Assembly (NCBI RefSeq): GCF_947258935.1
Contig: NZ_CAMYKH010000004.1
Location: 6,101 to 70,100, forward strand
Length of the DNA stretch: 64,000 bases
Direction of reading: 5' to 3'
Source: an uncultured Muriicola sp.
GTDB lineage: Bacteria; Bacteroidota; Bacteroidia; Flavobacteriales; Flavobacteriaceae
Position numbers and translations under genes: made by a program. How positions within the stretch are numbered: position 1 is the first letter of the stretch; each line of letters opens with the position of its first letter. Shown here piece by piece: positions 10,808-20,829 of this stretch. A model generated the notes under the pieces. The model ran no database searches. It was given only the letters and a program-made list of their open reading frames with translations, and was not told the DNA's origin.

Positions 10808-11011
10808 ATGAATAAAAAAGTTACCGTTGTTCTTATCATTTTAGCCATCGGCCTAATTGCCTATAATGCGACGATCATTGATTTTTCGGATCCACTGGGT
10901 CAGGATAGTATTATTGCTGTTATAGGTGTTGTGGCGGCCCTGTGCGCTATTGTTCTTCTTATTATTCTTCTTACCTCCTGGAATATCCAGAAAAAGATTG
11001 ACGAGGATTAG
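10808..11011 (+). CDS. Small two-TM hypothetical membrane protein
   Basis: 67 aa with two clear hydrophobic helices. No domain recognised. Confidence 0.45.
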   Translation: MNKKVTVVLIILAIGLIAYNATIIDFSDPLGQDSIIAVIGVVAALCAIVLLIILLTSWNIQKKIDED

Positions 11012-11046
11012 ATTTCTCCTTTTCTACTAAAAAGAAACTCAAAATT

Positions 11047-12651
11047 TTAATCTTTCACCATTTCCTTCAACATAGGCTGATCTAATTCCAATACTTTTTG
11101 CAACATTGGATCTATGGCACCCCTGATCTTTGCACTAATGTTAGGTGAAAACAACTGTTCTGCCAATGCCGCTTTTAAATACAGCTTAATACGTTGGTCA
11201 TAAGCGTAGAAATCCATTCGGAGATTATTACCAACAGTATAATCCACAAATTGTTCGAATAGGATATCGTCTACCTTGAAGTTGCTGATAAAATCTTGCT
11301 GCTCATAGTTAGTATAGCGTTCGCGGTCTTCTTCAAGATGTTCAAATACAAATCGAGAAATAAAGCCCAGGCTTTCCATACTCTTTATGGTTTCTTCCTC
11401 AATATTTCCAATAGGCACAAATACATCGGGGATTATGCCCCCACCCCCGTACACTACCTTGCCCTTGGGAGTAGTAAATTTTAAAGAATCTGCTACCTTA
11501 ATGCTATCCGCTGACATTAGTTCACCATTCTCGTACCTGGCTTCAAAACGCTCATAGTAATCTTCATTGCCATTGTTGTAGGTTCTTTGAATAGAACGAC
11601 CGGTTGGGGTATAATACCTGGACACGGATAAACGCACAGCAGATCCATCACCCAGAGTCATCTCACGCTGTACAAGTCCTTTTCCAAATGACCTGCGACC
11701 TACAATGGTCCCTACGTCATTATCCTGTAAAGCCCCTGCGATGATCTCACTTGCGGATGCAGATCGTTCGTTAATAAGTACATAAACAGGTTTGTCCTCA
11801 AATGAACCGGCATTGGAAGCAAACATCTTCTCTATTTTGCCTTTCTTGTTCTTAGTAAAAAGAATAAGCTTACCTTTCTTTAGGAATTCGTCTGCCATTT
11901 GCTCTGCAATTCCTAAATATCCCCCGGGGTTATCTCTGAGATCCAGAGTTATTTTCACAGCCCCATTTTTCTGTAAGGTTAGAAGGGCTTTTTTGAATTC
12001 CTTATAGGTGGTCTCTGCAAATCTGTTGACCTTGATGTACCCCATATCACGAGAAAGCATATAATAAGCCTCAACACTTTTTATTGGCACTCTATCTCTT
12101 TTTAGGGTAACCGTAAAGATGTTGTTTTCTGTTTTTCGATATATCTTTAGATCTACAGAAGATCCTATTTCCCCTTTCAAGGTACTGACAATACGGCTAC
12201 TGGGTAAATTTTTGCCGTACAAGGTGTCTTTGCCCGCCATCAATATTCTATCACCGGGTTCTATCCCTTTAATAAAACTTGGACCGTTCTCAATGGTACG
12301 GATCACCGTAATAGTGTCCTTGTACATATAAAAATTGATCCCGATCCCAACGAAATCACCTTTCATGTTCTCAGAAACCTGTGTTAGTTCCTCCCTTGGA
12401 ATATAGACCGAATGAGGATCCAATTTTTCCAGAATATTATTGACGGTAACATCTACAATACTGTCTGTATTGATCTCATCTACATACTCAAAGTCTATAT
12501 AATCAATGAGTCGGTTCAGTTTGTCTTTCTTTGAGTTGGTGGAAAAGAGCTTTTCGGGCGAATCATTAAAATGAAGTTTGCCTCCAATCAGGACACCCAA
12601 TGCCATGGATAAGGCAATGATCATAGGCCATATGTAATGATACTTCTTCAT
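11047..12651 (-). CDS. S41 family C-terminal processing peptidase
   Basis: 534 aa with an N-terminal anchor and a PDZ-like region (GIEPGDRIL). The S41 catalytic region includes INERSASASEI (Ser) and RRSFGKGLVQ (Lys). Confidence 0.9.
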   Translation of the reverse strand: MKKYHYIWPMIIALSMALGVLIGGKLHFNDSPEKLFSTNSKKDKLNRLIDYIDFEYVDEINTDSIVDVTVNNILEKLDPHSVYIPREELTQVSENMKGDFVGIGINFYMYKDTITVIRTIENGPSFIKGIEPGDRILMAGKDTLYGKNLPSSRIVSTLKGEIGSSVDLKIYRKTENNIFTVTLKRDRVPIKSVEAYYMLSRDMGYIKVNRFAETTYKEFKKALLTLQKNGAVKITLDLRDNPGGYLGIAEQMADEFLKKGKLILFTKNKKGKIEKMFASNAGSFEDKPVYVLINERSASASEIIAGALQDNDVGTIVGRRSFGKGLVQREMTLGDGSAVRLSVSRYYTPTGRSIQRTYNNGNEDYYERFEARYENGELMSADSIKVADSLKFTTPKGKVVYGGGGIIPDVFVPIGNIEEETIKSMESLGFISRFVFEHLEEDRERYTNYEQQDFISNFKVDDILFEQFVDYTVGNNLRMDFYAYDQRIKLYLKAALAEQLFSPNISAKIRGAIDPMLQKVLELDQPMLKEMVKD

Positions 12652-12657
12652 TAATTT

Positions 12658-13098
12658 TTATTCGTTTTCTTCCAAAATATTAGGAAGATGTTCTAGTACA
12701 ACCCCCGCTCTATCCAGAAATTGTAACCCTGAGTCATCTTTATATGCTATTTGGTATACAACGCGTTTAATACCAGATTGGTGTATTAACTTACTACATT
12801 CCTTGCAAGGGGATAGTGTTATATATAAAGTAGCCCCTTCGCAAGACTGCGTAGAAGCTGCTACTTTGGAAAGGGCATTTGCCTCTGCATGTAAAACATA
12901 CCATTTGGTATATCCATCATCATCCTCACAAATATTCTCAAACCCTGTTGGCGTTCCATTGTATCCATCGGATATGATCATACGATCCTTTACAACTATA
13001 GCCCCTACTTGTCTGCGGATACAATAGGACAATTTCCCCCATTCATGAGCCATCCTAAGATAGGCCCGATCATACTTTAACTGCTTCTTTTTTGTCAC
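12658..13098 (-). CDS. dCMP (deoxycytidylate) deaminase
   Basis: 146 aa with the zinc-binding motifs HAEANAL and PCKECSKLI. It lies 6 nt downstream of the S41 peptidase gene. Confidence 0.9.
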   Translation of the reverse strand: MTKKKQLKYDRAYLRMAHEWGKLSYCIRRQVGAIVVKDRMIISDGYNGTPTGFENICEDDDGYTKWYVLHAEANALSKVAASTQSCEGATLYITLSPCKECSKLIHQSGIKRVVYQIAYKDDSGLQFLDRAGVVLEHLPNILEENE

Positions 13099-13263
13099 TA
13101 ACTCCTATCCGTTTAATTTTTCCAATGATTGAAAAGCACTAAGATACCTGCTTTGAAATAGTTCAACAACCATAAATGGTTAATATTTAATTAAAACCGT
13201 TAAGAAGAGGGAATCACTCTTTTATCGCTTGCTTAAGACCGTTAGAGTTACCTCCAAAACGCA

Positions 13264-13848
13264 TTAAACAGGCCAAGTAGTATAGATCATCCGTAGCGAG
13301 ATAAGGATCACGATAGTGGAAGTTCCCAATACAAAATACCTTTTTGGAAGCCTACCCCTTTCAACAAGTAAAAATGCCAGGAACAACACCCCAATTATAA
13401 TGATGATCTGAGATAATTCTATTCCGGTGGCAAAGCCAAGCAAAGGATTTAACTTGTTATCCTCCCCTGCCATAAGCATTTTAAAATAATTGGAGAATCC
13501 AAAACCATGGATTAGCCCAAAAAAGACAGTAGCCGCACTTTGCAATTTAAAAGTAAGTGCAGTGTCCTTTTTTACAATCTCTTTTACATTAAAAAGTGCG
13601 GTAACCAAAATGGTAATTGGAATTAAAAATTCGATCCATGCAACATTTACCTCCACAATCTCATACACCGAAAATGCCAACGAAAGGCAATGAGCCACAG
13701 TAAATATGGTAACCAGTGTAAGTATCTGTTTCCAGGAGCGGAACGTAAACGGTATAGCCAATGCGGCGAGGAACAAAATATGGTCATAAGCATTGAAGTC
13801 TAAAACATGACCTAATCCCAATTCCACATAAAATAAAAAATGTTCCAA
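13264..13848 (-). CDS. HupE/UreJ family membrane protein
   Basis: 194 aa, multi-pass. The N-terminal GLGHVLDFNAYDHILFL motif is typical of the HupE/UreJ-2 family. Confidence 0.75.
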   Translation of the reverse strand: MEHFLFYVELGLGHVLDFNAYDHILFLAALAIPFTFRSWKQILTLVTIFTVAHCLSLAFSVYEIVEVNVAWIEFLIPITILVTALFNVKEIVKKDTALTFKLQSAATVFFGLIHGFGFSNYFKMLMAGEDNKLNPLLGFATGIELSQIIIIIGVLFLAFLLVERGRLPKRYFVLGTSTIVILISLRMIYTTWPV

Positions 13849-13862
13849 GATGCTATAAAAGA

Positions 13863-14594
13863 TTACAATCCACGTTGTTGTTGTATCTGTTCATAGGCCT
13901 TTTGAACTTCCTTGAACTTCTCCTCTGCCCCTCTTTTGATCGCCTCATTTTCGGTATTCACCCTATCTGGGTGATACTTTTTCGCCATCGTTCTATACGC
14001 CTTCTTTACTTCATCATCCGAAGCACTCTTCTCTATCTCCAAAATCTTATAGGCATTGTCTGCGGCCTTAACAAACATCGCCTTAATACTACCAAAATCG
14101 CTTGCACCAATACGCAAATACCCCGCTATCTCACGAATCTTTTCAATCTCAGGAGCGCTGATAGAACCATCAGACTGTGCAATGGCAAATAAAAAATGGA
14201 GTAGCTGCAAACGCACCTCATAGCGTGTTCGCTGATTGAGATAGGTACAGATCCTTTGAGCAGAGATCTCACGTTTTTTAATAACTTCATTAAATGTTCT
14301 AAAAATGGCATTTGCCTTCTCTTTTCCATAGGTGCTAAGGAAGTACTGCCTTACATAATCTAATTCTCGTTGACTTACCTGCCCATCTGCTTTGATCACC
14401 AAGGAACACAGGGATAATAAATTCAACTCAAAGTCGGCCGGTGAAACCTTTTGCCGAGACAGATCTTCAAAAATGGAGCGCGCATTGGAGCCGGAACCTA
14501 GGTTATCCATAAAACTGCCAACCAGAAACCCAATGATAGCTCCTGGTAAACGAAATAAAAAATATCCTAAAATAGCGGCGATCCAACGAATCAT
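13863..14594 (-). CDS. DjlA-like co-chaperone (TM anchor, TerB-like domain and C-terminal J domain)
   Basis: 243 aa. The C-terminal J-domain reads [32 protein letters not shown]. There is an N-terminal hydrophobic anchor. Confidence 0.8.
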   Translation of the reverse strand: MIRWIAAILGYFLFRLPGAIIGFLVGSFMDNLGSGSNARSIFEDLSRQKVSPADFELNLLSLCSLVIKADGQVSQRELDYVRQYFLSTYGKEKANAIFRTFNEVIKKREISAQRICTYLNQRTRYEVRLQLLHFLFAIAQSDGSISAPEIEKIREIAGYLRIGASDFGSIKAMFVKAADNAYKILEIEKSASDDEVKKAYRTMAKKYHPDRVNTENEAIKRGAEEKFKEVQKAYEQIQQQRGL

Positions 14595-14688
14595 GAAAAG
14601 GAAAAAATTTTGGCAAAGATAGGGTTAAACCACTAATAACCCCTTAGCACCTTAAGAAAGCTTTAGCAAAATAGTTGTACATTTTGGT

Positions 14689-14696
14689 TATCTTTG
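14689..14696 (+). promoter_or_regulatory. Candidate Bacteroidota -7 promoter element (TAnnTTTG) for the bacilliredoxin gene
   Basis: TATCTTTG lies 27 nt upstream of the ATG at 14723. No well-spaced -33 TTTG was seen. Confidence 0.3.
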
Positions 14697-14722
14697 CAGG
14701 GAATAAAAATAAAAAATATATT

Positions 14723-15133
14723 ATGTACCCTGCAGAATTAGTAAAACCCATGAGACAAGACCTCGCTTCGGCTGGTTTTGAAGAATTATATACCGCAGAG
14801 GCCGTAGAAAAAGCCCTCAAAATGGAAGGTACTACCCTGGTGGTAGTAAACTCTGTCTGCGGTTGTGCTGCAGCTAATGCAAGACCCGCGGCCAAATTAA
14901 GTTTGCGAAATGATAAAAAACCAGATCATTTGATCACTGTATTTGCTGGAGTAGATACAGAAGCTGTGGATGCAGCACGAAATCTAATGGTTCCATTCCC
15001 TCCTTCATCACCCAGTATGGCTCTTTTTAAAAATGGAGAACTGGTACATATGATCGAAAGGCATCATATAGAAGGAAGGCCTGCAGAAATGATAGCTGAA
15101 AATTTAAGCGGGGCTTTTGACGAATTCTGTTAG
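14723..15133 (+). CDS. BrxA/BrxB-type bacilliredoxin (YphP/YqiW family thiol-disulfide oxidoreductase)
   Basis: The VVNSVCGCAAANARP active-site CGC motif is present. I prefer the ATG at 14723 (MYPAELVKPMRQDL) over the upstream track start at 14675. Confidence 0.85.
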   Translation: MYPAELVKPMRQDLASAGFEELYTAEAVEKALKMEGTTLVVVNSVCGCAAANARPAAKLSLRNDKKPDHLITVFAGVDTEAVDAARNLMVPFPPSSPSMALFKNGELVHMIERHHIEGRPAEMIAENLSGAFDEFC

Positions 15134-15156
15134 ACTCCAATAAGTTTTATCTTAAA

Positions 15157-15190
15157 CACCGCACTTTGGTAAGTGCGGTTTTTTATTTTT
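15157..15190 (+). terminator. Rho-independent terminator after the bacilliredoxin gene
   Basis: A perfect 8-bp stem accgcact/agtgcggt (15158..15165 and 15172..15179) has a 6-nt loop. It is followed by tttttatttt. Confidence 0.75.
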
Positions 15191-15195
15191 GTACA

Positions 15196-15933
15196 ATGCG
15201 TAAAATTCTGGCATATCCTTTAACCTGTATTTATTTCCTTTTTTTTGGAATAGTACTTCTGGTTTTTCATCCCATTCAATGGATATGCTTTAACTGGTTT
15301 GGATATGATGCCCATCAAAAAAGTGTAAGCTACCTCAACTTAACACTTATGTGGTGCACATTCCTACTGGGAACCCGTTACACTTTCAAAAATGATCACA
15401 ACATTCCTAAAGGTGTGCCGCTTATCATAGTTTCGAACCATCAAAGCATGAACGATATTCCTCCTATTATCTGGTACATGAGAAAATATCATCCAAAATT
15501 TGTGAGCAAGATAGAATTAGGAAAAGGTATACCAAGCGTATCGTATAATCTCAGACATGGAGGTTCGGCCCTTATAGATCGGAAGGATAGTAAACAAGCC
15601 CTTGTGGCTATTGCCAGATTGGGTAAATACATAGAAGCAAATAAAAGAAGTGCCGTTATCTTTCCTGAAGGTACACGCAGTAGAACCGGGCACCCAAAGA
15701 AATTTCAACCCACCGGATTAAAAGTACTGATGAAACAGTCCCCTTCTGCACTTATTGTGCCTATAAGTATTAACAATTCTTGGAAAATGTTACGCTATGG
15801 TAAATTCCCTTACGGCATAGGATCACATTTGTATTTTAAGGTACACCAACCTATTGAGAACACCGGTGAATCTGATGTTTTATTAACCCGGGTAGAAGAG
15901 GTCATTTCCAACAATATACTCGTAACTCCATGA
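15196..15933 (+). CDS. plsC: 1-acyl-sn-glycerol-3-phosphate acyltransferase
   Basis: It carries the H(X)4D motif NHQSMNDI and the FPEGTRS motif. The ATG at 15196 lies after the terminator, whereas the track start at 15166 falls inside the terminator hairpin. Confidence 0.88.
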   Translation: MRKILAYPLTCIYFLFFGIVLLVFHPIQWICFNWFGYDAHQKSVSYLNLTLMWCTFLLGTRYTFKNDHNIPKGVPLIIVSNHQSMNDIPPIIWYMRKYHPKFVSKIELGKGIPSVSYNLRHGGSALIDRKDSKQALVAIARLGKYIEANKRSAVIFPEGTRSRTGHPKKFQPTGLKVLMKQSPSALIVPISINNSWKMLRYGKFPYGIGSHLYFKVHQPIENTGESDVLLTRVEEVISNNILVTP

Positions 15934-16589
15934 ATACCACCTCACTCGTTGAAGATACAATTGCCTTTGTAAAAGAAACGCTAAGTGACGCAGAAGCAGG
16001 ACACGATTGGTTCCATACCCAACGCGTTTTTCGCAACGCCCTCTTGATCGCTAAAGACGAAAAAGCAGACGTTTTGGTTGTAAGCCTTGGAGCCTTATTA
16101 CACGATATAGCTGATGCAAAATTTCATCAGGGAGATGAAACTGTAGGTCCTAAAATGGCCAGGACATTTCTTAGTTCACTGGATGTAGAAAAGGAGGTCA
16201 TTGAAAAGGTATGCTATATCATTGAACATATTTCTTTTAAAAATAATATTGGGGAAAATAAGAATAAAACGCACCCAGTTGAATTGTTTGTGGTACAGGA
16301 CGCAGACAGGTTAGATGCCATAGGTGCCATTGGAATTGCACGTGCTTTTCACTACGGAGGTTTTAAAAATAGAACCCTCTACGATCCCGAAATAGCTCCC
16401 AATTTGGAATTGTCCAAAGAGGAATACAAAAATTCTAAGAGCCCTACCATTAATCATTTCTATGAGAAGCTCCTGCTTCTCAAAGACAAAATGAATACCA
16501 AAACCGGGGCAAAGATAGCCTTGGAAAGACACGCTTTTCTCTTGCAGTATCTGGAACACTTCTATTCAGAATGGAGTGGGACTCAGTGA
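15930..16589 (+). CDS. HD-domain phosphohydrolase
   Basis: 219 aa with H...HDIAD...D metal-binding motifs. Its ATGA overlaps the plsC stop. Confidence 0.85.
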   Translation: MNTTSLVEDTIAFVKETLSDAEAGHDWFHTQRVFRNALLIAKDEKADVLVVSLGALLHDIADAKFHQGDETVGPKMARTFLSSLDVEKEVIEKVCYIIEHISFKNNIGENKNKTHPVELFVVQDADRLDAIGAIGIARAFHYGGFKNRTLYDPEIAPNLELSKEEYKNSKSPTINHFYEKLLLLKDKMNTKTGAKIALERHAFLLQYLEHFYSEWSGTQ

Positions 16590-16701
16590 AATTCTTATTG
16601 ATTTCCTTTAGGCCTACCAAATGAACATATGTTGATCCTTATTTGAACTTTACGGATTGCTTTTTTTGTATCTTCCTGCCTCATTTATAAACACTTTCCA
16701 T

Positions 16702-18126
16702 ATGCAAAGGCGAAAATTTATCAAGAATGTATCAGCCTCTACAGCTGTTTTTTCAATTGTTCCAAGTTATGTTTTAGGCAAAGGTCATGTGCCTCCCAGC
16801 GATACGCTTTATATTGGAGCATTTGGAGTTGGTGGTCGTGGTTCAGGAGTTATCAGAGGGCTACAGGAAACAGGGAAGGTGAAATTTGTATCATTTTGTG
16901 ATGTAGACGATAGAATAGCGGCAGAAACCTATGAACTCTATCCGGACGTTAAACGTTACAAAGATTTTCGCAAGGTATACGATAAACAATTAAAGGATAT
17001 GGATGCGATAATGGTAGCTACCCCAGACCATACGCATGCCACCATAGCCCTACCCTTTATGCGTGCTAAGAAACACGCCTATGTTGAAAAACCCCTTACA
17101 CATAATATAGCAGAAGCAAGATTGATGACCAAGGTGGCCAGGGAGAATGGGATCGTTACGCAGATGGGCAACCAGGGAGCCTCTAGCGATGGCAGCAGAC
17201 TAGCCAAAGAATGGATCAATTCCGGTATTATTGGTAAAGTAGAACGAGTAGATTGTTGGACCAACAGACCTGTTTGGCCTCAAGGGATTCCACTACCGGT
17301 AGGTAAAGATGAGATCCCGGACGGACTGGATTGGGATCTGTGGCTGGGACCTGCAGCTAATAGAGATTACAACAATTCATATTTGCCTTTTAAATGGCGC
17401 GGTTGGTGGGATTTTGGCACCGGAGCTATGGGCGACATGGGTTGTCATATTATGGAAACACCTTTTGGAGTGCTGGATCTGGGTTATCCTACCGAGGCAG
17501 AAGCCAGTTGCACTACGAATTGGGTGGGCGATTTTGTTGAAGCAGATTACAGCGCTTCCTGCCCGGCCTCCTCCATAGTGCGTTTAAAATTCAATACACC
17601 TCAGCACGGAGATATAGCCCTAAATTGGTATGATGGTGGCATTATGCCCGATCTCCCGGACGAATTAAAAGATGGAGAGACCATTGGCGATTCTGGTGGG
17701 GGTTCTGTTTTTTATGGCACCAAAGGAATTCTGGTGTGTGATGTTTATTCGCGCAATGCCAGACTTCTTCCTTCGGAAATGATGAATATGTATAATCCTC
17801 CTACGCCAACCTTAAAACGAATTGAAGGTAGCACTGGCGGGCACCAGCGCAATTGGGTTGAAGGTTGCCTGCAAGGGACCGAAACATCTTCAAGTTTTGA
17901 CAGGTCAGGTCCGTTAACAGAAGCAGTTCTGATGGGGAATCTGGCAATTAAGGCATTTCAATACAAAGAAATAGTTGCCCCGGAAGAACCCGGAAGAAGA
18001 CCATCGATTCTAAGACCCGGAAGAAAGAAATTGCTTTGGGAAGGTGAATCCATGCGGGTAACAAATTTTGAGAAAGCCAATGAATGGGTGAAAGGAAGCT
18101 ATCGCAAAGGCTGGGAATTAAAATAA
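16702..18126 (+). CDS. Gfo/Idh/MocA family oxidoreductase with TAT signal
   Basis: MQRRKFIKNVSAST is a twin-arginine signal and GAFGVGGRG is a Rossmann motif. EKPL is the family motif. I prefer the ATG at 16702. Confidence 0.88.
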   Translation: MQRRKFIKNVSASTAVFSIVPSYVLGKGHVPPSDTLYIGAFGVGGRGSGVIRGLQETGKVKFVSFCDVDDRIAAETYELYPDVKRYKDFRKVYDKQLKDMDAIMVATPDHTHATIALPFMRAKKHAYVEKPLTHNIAEARLMTKVARENGIVTQMGNQGASSDGSRLAKEWINSGIIGKVERVDCWTNRPVWPQGIPLPVGKDEIPDGLDWDLWLGPAANRDYNNSYLPFKWRGWWDFGTGAMGDMGCHIMETPFGVLDLGYPTEAEASCTTNWVGDFVEADYSASCPASSIVRLKFNTPQHGDIALNWYDGGIMPDLPDELKDGETIGDSGGGSVFYGTKGILVCDVYSRNARLLPSEMMNMYNPPTPTLKRIEGSTGGHQRNWVEGCLQGTETSSSFDRSGPLTEAVLMGNLAIKAFQYKEIVAPEEPGRRPSILRPGRKKLLWEGESMRVTNFEKANEWVKGSYRKGWELK

Positions 18127-19188
18127 TTTCCACTGTCCTTGTTTATAGACCTCATAGAGATCTTTATTCAATTTGGGAAAAGTACGTCCATTGAAGTACC
18201 TTCGCTTTGCAATTTTGGACAGGTCATGAATTTGTTTTGCAAGTACCCCTTCTCCCTTATTTCGTATCCCAAACCTGTTGTCATTTAAGGTGCCCCCATG
18301 ACAACTCTCTATTTGATGTAAGACCTTATTTGCTTTATCAGGCATGGTCCGTTTTAGCCAGTCGGTAAATAGCATTCCAATGGCACCGTTTAATCTCACA
18401 ACAGTAAAGGCAAAGGAAAGTGCCCCTTTTTCTGAAACAGCACGCGCCAGTTGTAAGAGTTCGTGACTATTTATCCCTGGTATGATAGGTGCCAGCATAG
18501 CATTGACAGGGATGTTATTTTCTGAAAGTATTTTGATGGTCTCAAGGCGTTTTGCGATGGTCGCTGTTCGCGGTTCCAGGAGTCGTCTTGTCTTTTCTGA
18601 TAAAGAGGTGACCGATATATTTACTCCTATAAGTCCGTCTTTAGTAAGCTCTCTTAACAGATCCAGATCCCTCAAGATCAAGGTATTCTTTGTGATAATT
18701 CCTACAGGGTGTTTGTATTTTAAGAATACTGCCAAACAAGCCCTGGTTATCTCAAATATCTTTTCGGCAGGTTGGTAACAATCAGTATTCCCGGAAAGGA
18801 CGATAGTTTCAGCTTTCCAGTTTTTACTTTTGAGCTTTTCTTCTAAGAGATACGGTGCATTCTCTTTAATTAAGATCTTTCTTTCAAAATCGAGTCCGGC
18901 ACTATACCCCCAAAATTCATGTGTATTACGGGCATAGCAATAAATACAACCATGTTCGCATCCCTGATAGGGGTTCATGGAATAGGCCATACCCACATCC
19001 GGACTGGTTACCTTATTGACAATGGACTTAGGAAAAATAGGCAAATACTCCGTTTTATTCTTGTCCGCCAGCTCCCCTTCTTTCCAGCAATATTCCAAAA
19101 AATCTTCGCGCATTTCTGAATAGAACTCCTGGAACTTGTTACGGGAATTATGTTGAGCACCTCGCCCTTTCAGATAGTCAGCATTCAT
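18118..19188 (-). CDS. Radical SAM protein (PA0069-like family)
   Basis: 356 aa with the CEHGCIYCYA CX3CX2C cluster motif. Its 3' end overlaps the convergent oxidoreductase gene by 9 nt. Confidence 0.85.
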   Translation of the reverse strand: MNADYLKGRGAQHNSRNKFQEFYSEMREDFLEYCWKEGELADKNKTEYLPIFPKSIVNKVTSPDVGMAYSMNPYQGCEHGCIYCYARNTHEFWGYSAGLDFERKILIKENAPYLLEEKLKSKNWKAETIVLSGNTDCYQPAEKIFEITRACLAVFLKYKHPVGIITKNTLILRDLDLLRELTKDGLIGVNISVTSLSEKTRRLLEPRTATIAKRLETIKILSENNIPVNAMLAPIIPGINSHELLQLARAVSEKGALSFAFTVVRLNGAIGMLFTDWLKRTMPDKANKVLHQIESCHGGTLNDNRFGIRNKGEGVLAKQIHDLSKIAKRRYFNGRTFPKLNKDLYEVYKQGQWKLF

Positions 19189-19193
19189 AAAAT

Positions 19194-19225
19194 AGGAATA
19201 TTTCCAAATATATGGATTTATTCCT
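19194..19225 (-). terminator. Long imperfect hairpin between the 516-aa gene and the radical SAM gene; terminator or translation-region structure
   Basis: The sequence is aggaatatttccaaatatatggatttattcct. It forms a 7-bp outer stem, a 2x2 internal loop and a 4-bp inner stem. On the minus strand it is followed by TTTTATG, which is the radical SAM start codon. Confidence 0.4.
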
Positions 19226-19251
19226 ACTATTGTTTTAACTGAATTAAAAGA

Positions 19252-20802
19252 TTACTGAATGGTGACGTTTACCAATTGCTTTTTATTACCGCGTTTAGCG
19301 TAGAAAAGCATTTTGCTATTGGTCTCATCCTTGAGCGGGTTAGAGACTTTTAAGGGTAGCCGTGCATCTTTTGAGTCTATGATCTTCTCATAGCTCATGT
19401 TACCCTCATTGTTCAATTGGATTACAAAGACATTTCTATTCCTGCTGAAGCCTTGCTTAAAAATGATCCGTTCCTTATTCAGTACCTGCGGATTTTCAGA
19501 AGCCGAGCTGATAAAAAAGTATGTATTTCCGTTTTTTGTAAAAGTACTATAAGAAGCATAATCGCCATCGCCTTGCGTAACCTCAGATTTATTGATATTA
19601 CGAGCCCAAACCATATTTCCTTCTGCATCTATCTTTGCACTTACAATATCATTATGATGAAATCGCTTTACCCGCAACCTGCCGCCACTTGAGTTTGACT
19701 GAACACTATTGGTCACAAAATACTCTTCGGCATTGAACAAAATTGAATTCTCCGGGGTTACTGTTACATTTTTAAAGACGAGATTTTTAACTTCCTTATC
19801 GTATTCCTGTCCAAACTTATCGAACATAAATTGCTCAGAGAAAGGATTGTATTTTCTGCTTTTTACGCTAAGCGTGGCAGGATCCAATTTAAAATAAGCC
19901 AGACCATTGTATCTGTTATCCTTGCGATCTGCATAGAAACCAACGCATATCAAATTGCCCTGATTGATAACAGGGGTCAAAGATTCTGAGTATTTTCCTG
20001 GGGTATCGAAGCTTTGTGTTTTGATCCCCTGAGAACTGAGTTGTATTAGCTCATATTGAAATTTACGTTCCAAGGCTGTAAAACGTTTCTTTTTGAAATA
20101 CGCTTTCCCAATAATAAAAACCTTATCCAGATCATTTGAGACTGCCATTCGCTCAAAGGCGTAATTCTTTTCCTCAACTTCACTTGAAAAATCCTGATAC
20201 ATGGCTTGCTTCAAATTGGCGGTGAAAAGATATATGTCGTGCCTGTTATTTTTTCCTTTTTTGTAGTGGGTGCTGATGATGAATCCATTCTTATCTTCAG
20301 AAAACAAGACCGTAGTAGTGAATCCTGAGTTGAAATTCCGGTTGTAGTAATTTTTATCCAACGGATCCTTTACGGGAGCAGATGAAAAGGATAACAATTT
20401 TTCCTGTGTAAAGGTAAAAGGATCCAAGGGACTCCTGTGTGCCCAATATTCATAAGTGCCTGCTTCTATATTGTAATCTAAGAACAACAAATACAACTGG
20501 CCATTCTTTAGATAGCCATCTACAAATTCCGAGCCCTTTATCTTATAATTGAACTCAGAAACCAATTGCATGTCCTTATTGTAATGTTCTAAAATGTAGC
20601 CCTTTGGTTTTAAGATAAGTCCCGTATAATAAGCCCTTACAAGAACACTACCACCATGACCATCATCGGTGATCATCAATAAATTCGAATATTTATAACG
20701 ATCGTTATATTTTTCACCAAAAGTATAGTCTACAGGAAATTCCTGAGCCCGGACAAGAAAACTCATAAAAAGAAGCCCGATAAAAAGGGGATTTTTTAGC
20801 AT
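19252..20802 (-). CDS. Secreted hypothetical protein, no recognised domain
   Basis: 516 aa with the signal peptide MLKNPLFIGLLFMSFLVRAQ. The protein is beta-rich and Asn/Lys/Tyr-rich. The long uninterrupted ORF has no competing frame. Confidence 0.6.
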   Translation of the reverse strand: MLKNPLFIGLLFMSFLVRAQEFPVDYTFGEKYNDRYKYSNLLMITDDGHGGSVLVRAYYTGLILKPKGYILEHYNKDMQLVSEFNYKIKGSEFVDGYLKNGQLYLLFLDYNIEAGTYEYWAHRSPLDPFTFTQEKLLSFSSAPVKDPLDKNYYNRNFNSGFTTTVLFSEDKNGFIISTHYKKGKNNRHDIYLFTANLKQAMYQDFSSEVEEKNYAFERMAVSNDLDKVFIIGKAYFKKKRFTALERKFQYELIQLSSQGIKTQSFDTPGKYSESLTPVINQGNLICVGFYADRKDNRYNGLAYFKLDPATLSVKSRKYNPFSEQFMFDKFGQEYDKEVKNLVFKNVTVTPENSILFNAEEYFVTNSVQSNSSGGRLRVKRFHHNDIVSAKIDAEGNMVWARNINKSEVTQGDGDYASYSTFTKNGNTYFFISSASENPQVLNKERIIFKQGFSRNRNVFVIQLNNEGNMSYEKIIDSKDARLPLKVSNPLKDETNSKMLFYAKRGNKKQLVNVTIQ

Positions 20803-20829
20803 ACCTAAGATTTTAAAATAAGGATGTTC

